Shown here piece after piece: positions 58,243-64,000 of a stretch of DNA of 64,000 nucleotides. This DNA is from Candidatus Kapaibacterium sp. (GTDB lineage: Bacteria > Bacteroidota > Ignavibacteria > Kapaibacteriales > UBA2268), in assembly GCA_963665665.1 (NCBI GenBank), contig OY762428.1, forward strand, positions 4,736,001-4,800,000, written 5' to 3'. The notes below the pieces were generated by a model. That model worked only from the letters and a program-made list of their open reading frames with translations. It was not told the origin of the DNA and searched no databases. The number at the start of each line of letters is the position of its first letter. Positions within the stretch are counted from its first letter, which is position 1. The translations under genes were made by a program, and so were the position numbers.

Positions 58243-60396
58243 TTACTCCTTAACGGGCGTTTCGATAATTATCTGGACAGTCCTGGAATAGCCTCGGCCT
58301 TGCGGCTTGTCGTTGTCGTAAATCAATATATCGCTGCCGTGGGGGAGAAGAGTCAGGTTTTCGTCCTTTACGTCTAAGCTTTTTCGGACTTCATCTATTC
58401 TTCTGCGGGCCAGGTCGCGATTGTAATCGGGTTCTCCTGTACGGTCAGCATAGCCGCTGATAGTAACTTTCGAATCAGGCATTATCCTGCTGTCAATATC
58501 TTTCAGAATATCGGCCTGTGCGTTTGTTATTTCCGCTTTGTCATAATCGAATAGAATCAGAGAGAACTTTTCAATTCTCTTATCATCTTTCAATTCATAT
58601 CTTTTTTTGCGGATAGTAAGCTGTTTGATTGATAATTCCTTACTCAGGTTTTCAACTTTACCGGCGTTATCAATCGCCGTTAGTGATATTTTAACTGGTT
58701 CTTCCAGCATCGGAACAGGTTCTTCGGTTATTTCCCAGTTATATTCGCCACTGTTTTCAGTGCCGCTGGTATGGCGAAGTTCCTCGTCGCCCTGTAATAT
58801 TTCGAAATTAAAATTTTTCAGCCCGGCATCAGATTCAATACCATAATCAACTTTGATTACCGGAGGGTTTGATACGCGCTGGATTTCTTTCAGGTTCACA
58901 GGCGCCAGAATTGCCGGATCGTTAGAGCTTAGTTCAGCTCTCTGGTTTTCGATGGTACCGTCCTCGATACTTGTTTTGCCGGGATTGCGCGGGAGATTCC
59001 GCTGTTTAACAGATAACCTTGCCGGATCGATATTCCATGTATTTGTGAAATAATCTTTAACTGCCTCGGCCCTGGATTTCGACAGTGTTGTATTACCGGC
59101 TTCCGCATCCTGATTATTGTTGCATCCGGTTATGGTAAGCCTGGCATTTTTGTTTTCCGTCATCCTTTTTCCGACAATATTCAGCATATCCCGGTATAGT
59201 TCAAGAGTTTTCCAGGGAAGTTTATTTTCTTCAAACCCTGTTGCATCGTCAGGCTGAATTAAATTCATGTCAGTTGATTTAAGGTCTGCATTATTACGTG
59301 CGAAATATACGTGGGGGAGAAGCGGAAAACCTTCTTCAGTTTCAAATTCTTCAATTATTATAGCCGGGTTTTCCTGAACAGATCCGTCTGTGGAATAACC
59401 TTTTGCGGTCATATTCAGGTTGATTTTTGATTCTTTCGGAACAATCATCTCATAGGATTCATAATAAATTGTTCTTTCCACGTCGAACTTACCCTGCCTG
59501 CCTTTTACAAGTTCTTCCCTTTCTGAAATAAGTTTTATCTGGGGTTCCTGAATTCCAAATTTTGCAATAACTGTTGTATCTCTTTCATAAAATTCTTCTT
59601 CGATAAGCTCTCTTGCTTTCGGCTCCCTGATAGGAAGTTTCAATGCAAGGCCCATTTGCAAAGTGCTGACTTTCCAGTCTGCGTCTGTAATATTTGTTAG
59701 AGGATAATGGTATCTGAATTCCGGAACAAGATAGGTCTGTTTTGCTATCGGGAGTGGGACTTCCACACCAAAAATTAGATGCATCTGGAAGGCCTGCTTG
59801 TCAATCAATTCAAAACCATCCAGTTCGTTTCTTGTTAAAGTGCCGTCGATAAAAGTAACATTATCAGGGCTTACAAGTTCTTCCCTGTGATCAATATTAG
59901 CCGTGAACAGGTAGGCAAATCTTAATCCTGCAAGTACTGTTATATAGTCCCAGACCGGATAATTAATTGTCGGCTCAAGTGTAAAGGCATTCAATTTGGA
60001 TTCAATAATATATTTTGCAATAGCGTCTTGTTCTTCTCGGATATATGGCGGATCAACGTCCTGAAGCAAAGTATTACCGATGGAACTCTCCATCTCAAGA
60101 TTTCCATCAAGTGTTGCCATACCAAAACGAAGTTCCAATGAAAATTTTTGCCAGATTGGAATGTCGAAAAGTCCGCCAATGGCAATACCGGATCCCGATC
60201 CGTTTTCGTTAAATCTGGGGCAGCATGTGGTAACACCTTCAAGGTAGTCAAAATCAACAATATGAATATTGTGATTGAAGGAACCGTAGCCACCAAGATA
60301 GAATAGAATTTCCTGTTCTTTTACATCTTTCTGGGCATACAAAGATCCCGTTAAAAGCATAGTCAAAATAAGTAGGTGAATATTTCTGAATTTCAT
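58243..60396 (-). CDS. OmpA-family protein: N-terminal beta-barrel plus two OmpA-like peptidoglycan-binding domains
   Basis: Signal peptide; LSKSRAEAVKDY...ENQRAE and FDYDKAEI...GYADRTG...NRDLARRR...GRGYSRTV. Confidence 0.85.
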   Translation of the reverse strand: MKFRNIHLLILTMLLTGSLYAQKDVKEQEILFYLGGYGSFNHNIHIVDFDYLEGVTTCCPRFNENGSGSGIAIGGLFDIPIWQKFSLELRFGMATLDGNLEMESSIGNTLLQDVDPPYIREEQDAIAKYIIESKLNAFTLEPTINYPVWDYITVLAGLRFAYLFTANIDHREELVSPDNVTFIDGTLTRNELDGFELIDKQAFQMHLIFGVEVPLPIAKQTYLVPEFRYHYPLTNITDADWKVSTLQMGLALKLPIREPKARELIEEEFYERDTTVIAKFGIQEPQIKLISEREELVKGRQGKFDVERTIYYESYEMIVPKESKINLNMTAKGYSTDGSVQENPAIIIEEFETEEGFPLLPHVYFARNNADLKSTDMNLIQPDDATGFEENKLPWKTLELYRDMLNIVGKRMTENKNARLTITGCNNNQDAEAGNTTLSKSRAEAVKDYFTNTWNIDPARLSVKQRNLPRNPGKTSIEDGTIENQRAELSSNDPAILAPVNLKEIQRVSNPPVIKVDYGIESDAGLKNFNFEILQGDEELRHTSGTENSGEYNWEITEEPVPMLEEPVKISLTAIDNAGKVENLSKELSIKQLTIRKKRYELKDDKRIEKFSLILFDYDKAEITNAQADILKDIDSRIMPDSKVTISGYADRTGEPDYNRDLARRRIDEVRKSLDVKDENLTLLPHGSDILIYDNDKPQGRGYSRTVQIIIETPVKE

Positions 60397-60778
60397 ATCT
60401 GTCCCGGATTATTTTACTTTTTTTGTTATCACTCAATGCAAATAAGAAAATATGATATTTAATAATTTTCAATTATTGACTTCAATAAGGAGAAATCTCA
60501 TAATACCGATCTTTTACGACTTAAGAATCCATCATTCCTATCAGATAATAATTAAGAATGGATCCTTCGCTTTGCTCAGGATGAATGCCTCTCTTGTTTT
60601 TTAGATTCCTACCTGTATAAATCTGAGCCCTCCCCTTGGGGGAGGGTTGGGAGGGGTCGGATTTAATAAATCTGTTTAACAACCTTATTTTTCTATTCAT
60701 AATGAGTATCAAAATATTTATAACAATAATAAAAATAGAAAGTTACTGAAAAACAACTTTACAGTGTTGTTAACAAAA

Positions 60779-63700
60779 CTATTTAACAATAAATAAACGT
60801 TCTACTACCCTTCTTGCATTTGAGCTAAATATCAGGTAATACATTCCCGAAGCAAATCTATCAGTATCAAGGAGAATTCTTTTCTCTTTATTCCCGTTCA
60901 GGTTTACATTCCATTCCGCAAGCTTTATTTTTTCTCCGCGAAGGCTTACAAGCTCGGCCATATGGTATCCGGTCTCGATTGAACGTAATGTTATTTCAGT
61001 TCTTTCACCTGCCGGATTTGGATTAATTATTGTCATCATAGCTTCGGTTCTGGCCAGGAGCCTGTCCCCGCCTTCTCGGCAAATAATTATCGACAGGCTG
61101 CCGTTTTCCATTTCGGGAGAGTCGATTTCTCCGGCTATATTCCATTCGAAATTATTCCACAGCAAAGGAGTAAAGCTGACAGCCCCGAGCAGGGTAGGGC
61201 CTTCCAAAGTTCCGATAACAGTTTCTTTTTCATATATATCAACATCATCGAATTCAATATCCACGTGCCTGTAATCATTCAGAACGAAATCGTCAGTGAT
61301 TGTGCCGTTAACTGCATTTTCAGGATAGTAGAGGCTGGCATCAAAAGATATTGTTGTTTTGAAGCCTGCCGTAATATACCTGATTGTATCCGGGTCACCT
61401 TTTGGCATTAGCTGGCCGTATAATTTAAGCTGGTAATTATCAATATCAGGTGAGACTTCTACTTTTGGAAGCCATATCTTAACATGCTCAAGGCTTCCGC
61501 CGTAACCTGTAATGATAACTGTTTTATATATGTCGCAGGTATCTATCACGAAATGGAAAGTTACTGAATCCGTGTATTGCTGCTCAGCCTGGGGCGTGAA
61601 ATCAATATTAAATACAAGGGAATCCCCGATAAGAAGCTGGCTTTTTACTTCAACCGGATTCATGCTGAAAATACTGCTAAGGGTAGGAGATGTTACGTTG
61701 ATGAAGTCAAAATCTGCTTTACCAATATTCAGAACTTTCAGGAGTCCGGAATTGCTTGAACCGACAGGAACAGCCCCGAGGTCAATGGGATTGGGATATG
61801 CCAGAAGTCCTGAATATATTTCTGCCTTCAGTACAACGTTTTGCCTGACCGTAGTTCCGTTCATATCAAACTCAAGTTCCACCGAGCTATAATAAAATCC
61901 GTCGGGGTTTTCCATCGCATTAAAGTCAACCTGTATGTAAACGCTTTCTCCTGCGGGGATATCTATTGGGAAGTTTGTTGTTAAAACCGAGAATTTTTCT
62001 GAATTCTGACTTGATATTGTTGCTCCTGTTAACTGCATATCAGCCTCGCCCGTATTGGCGATTTCAATACTGTCAAGTTTACTGCCGCAGGGGGCTAATG
62101 TACCGAAATCAAGGGTATCAGGAATTACCACGGTGGCCGTGATACCGTTGGCGACTATCGGCAGATAAAGAGTATCCTGGCAAGGGTCATTTATAATAAA
62201 CATGATTGTATCCCTAACCTGGCCTTCAGCATCAGGGGAGTAAAATACTTCGAAATCGGCTGTTCCGCCGTTTGGATTCAGGGGCGCTCCGGGTGGTGAA
62301 ACCGAAACGTTAAGGTCGTCTGTTTCATAATTATTTATATCCCTGAGTATTGTCCCGTTATTTGTGAATTGAACAGTTGCCGATCCGGTAGCTCCTACAG
62401 CAATATTTCCAAGGTCAAGCGGGCTGGGGTCGATTGTTATATCAATTTCTTCCTTATCGCCGTTTAGTTTCACTTCAATAAGCGGATTTTCCGGATCGTT
62501 GGTTTTTACTTCAAATATGGCATTCATATTGCCAAATCGGTCCGGCATACTAATAAAGCGAACATAATAACTAACGCCCTGATCAGGCCCTAGTTTGATA
62601 GGGATTGATTCAACTGGACGGGACGAAATTATAAACATATCCATATCAATACCGGTAATTTGAGGTTCTTCGGTTATTGTTACATCACCGGCCCCTTTAT
62701 TTGTCAGTATAATTTCTTCCTCAACCTCTCCGCACCAGGGATTAATTCCAAAATATATGGAATCCGTATTTGAACTTAGTTCCGGTTTGGCTCCATTTCC
62801 CAACAGGGTGAATGAGACTGATCCCGGACATATATTCGCATCAAAATCATCGCTGAGTATATTTACTAATTCTGTGAAATCTCCTGAAGCCGTGGGTGCA
62901 AATTCAATATTTAGTATAAGGGAATCATTGGCTCCCAAATAATAATCCGGTGGAATTGGAGGTTCGGAACTGACAATACTGAATGGCGGATTAAGCGTTG
63001 GCAGAGATGAAATAATTGCCGTACCTCGTCCTTTTTTGCGGACAACAATTCTGGTACTGCTGGTTTCTCCAACATTTATCTGGCCAAGGTCCGTTTCGCC
63101 TTCAAATTCAAAATAAGTATCCACAACATAAACATAAGCAAGAACGGAATCAATAATTTCAGGACATTCCAGAGATTTAATATAAATTGTTGTTTCATAC
63201 CTGCCGGTATCAAGATTGGCAGAGCTGAATGAAACAGTAACCGTATCGGCTTCATCAGTTCTGAATTCAATGCCATTGATAGCAGCATTAAATCCCGGAT
63301 CTCCGTTTAAAACAGGAATATCCAGATTTAATGGCAAATGCCCGGTATTAACTTCAATAAATTTTTTCGATACAACTTTATCAGGGCATACCTCACCAAG
63401 AAACAGAGATTTTTGTTGACTGGTGTTCAAAGTGTCGGTTTTATCAGCATCAAAAGCTACATGTTTGATGAAAAATTGTTTTATCTCAAATTTAATCTGG
63501 AACGGATTCAATTGTTCTCTGTCATTATGCGGTATCATCAGGTAATCAACGGCATATTGATCCTGGTAACCATGAAATTTAACTTTTACTTTTACCGAAT
63601 CCCCCGGGGCTACCCTCGTTTCTGTTAGCGGTTCAAGAAGTTCATAACCGCTGTCGTCGTAATCCCATATTGCGTTATCCATATTTAATATGAGGTCGGC

Positions 63701-64000
63701 ATCTCCTTTGTTGTAAATATAAAGGCTGTCCGTCCATTCCCACCCGGGGCATATAATTACAGAATCTACAATTTCGCTGATACTTACAAGCTCAGGAAAT
63801 CTCATGTAATGAATAATATTTGCAGCTGCCTGAGAATGGATATATTCAGGTGAATAATCGTACTTCCCAATACTTCCGCTACCTTTCCTGATAGCAAGGA
63901 AGTAATATACCGAATCCTGGGTATTGAATTCAGGAACAGCATACCAGTTATTCTGGTCAGCACGTGTAGTATTAATCATTTGCCAGTTGCTGTTTTCACC
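60779..64000 (-). CDS. Large T9SS-secreted protein with tandem Ig-like (choice-of-anchor D/ASH-type) domains; 5' end outside window
   Basis: Repeated LDFG/IxNxGxxxL Ig-like units; CTD INPNPA...SLRGEK...ASGMYY...LFIVK; frame open to the window end. Confidence 0.85.
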   Translation of the reverse strand, partial: GENSNWQMINTTRADQNNWYAVPEFNTQDSVYYFLAIRKGSGSIGKYDYSPEYIHSQAAANIIHYMRFPELVSISEIVDSVIICPGWEWTDSLYIYNKGDADLILNMDNAIWDYDDSGYELLEPLTETRVAPGDSVKVKVKFHGYQDQYAVDYLMIPHNDREQLNPFQIKFEIKQFFIKHVAFDADKTDTLNTSQQKSLFLGEVCPDKVVSKKFIEVNTGHLPLNLDIPVLNGDPGFNAAINGIEFRTDEADTVTVSFSSANLDTGRYETTIYIKSLECPEIIDSVLAYVYVVDTYFEFEGETDLGQINVGETSSTRIVVRKKGRGTAIISSLPTLNPPFSIVSSEPPIPPDYYLGANDSLILNIEFAPTASGDFTELVNILSDDFDANICPGSVSFTLLGNGAKPELSSNTDSIYFGINPWCGEVEEEIILTNKGAGDVTITEEPQITGIDMDMFIISSRPVESIPIKLGPDQGVSYYVRFISMPDRFGNMNAIFEVKTNDPENPLIEVKLNGDKEEIDITIDPSPLDLGNIAVGATGSATVQFTNNGTILRDINNYETDDLNVSVSPPGAPLNPNGGTADFEVFYSPDAEGQVRDTIMFIINDPCQDTLYLPIVANGITATVVIPDTLDFGTLAPCGSKLDSIEIANTGEADMQLTGATISSQNSEKFSVLTTNFPIDIPAGESVYIQVDFNAMENPDGFYYSSVELEFDMNGTTVRQNVVLKAEIYSGLLAYPNPIDLGAVPVGSSNSGLLKVLNIGKADFDFINVTSPTLSSIFSMNPVEVKSQLLIGDSLVFNIDFTPQAEQQYTDSVTFHFVIDTCDIYKTVIITGYGGSLEHVKIWLPKVEVSPDIDNYQLKLYGQLMPKGDPDTIRYITAGFKTTISFDASLYYPENAVNGTITDDFVLNDYRHVDIEFDDVDIYEKETVIGTLEGPTLLGAVSFTPLLWNNFEWNIAGEIDSPEMENGSLSIIICREGGDRLLARTEAMMTIINPNPAGERTEITLRSIETGYHMAELVSLRGEKIKLAEWNVNLNGNKEKRILLDTDRFASGMYYLIFSSNARRVVERLFIVK

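Overview
AT-rich bacterial chromosome segment, most likely FCB group (Ignavibacteria/Kapabacteria-like). This is inferred from three T9SS C-terminal-domain proteins, TAnnTTTG promoter boxes, scpAB and hydF. Most of the window is housekeeping: pyrC, hydF, ispE, ltaE, aspS, scpAB, rqcH-like, pgi, mutL, cobO, arfB, an acyl-CoA dehydrogenase, amrS and radA. It also holds outer-membrane/T9SS proteins, two orphan histidine kinases and an intact IS3-family element (24382-25825, 3-bp CTA target duplication). The notable accessory region is ~13.3-21.8 kb. It is a polymorphic-toxin/immunity array (orphan Rhs C-terminus with a JAB/MPN-like motif, LRR, KilA-N, two MORN/YwqK lipoproteins, SMI1/KNR4) whose modules each end in a copy of a conserved non-coding direct repeat with a cUUCGg hairpin. 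It is headed by a bipartite, phase-locked 21-bp tandem array that also occurs, inverted, at the start of the window. Several REP-like palindrome families and one nonsense-interrupted gene are also visible. No rRNA, tRNA or CRISPR array was recognised. All product calls come from motif reading, not database searches.
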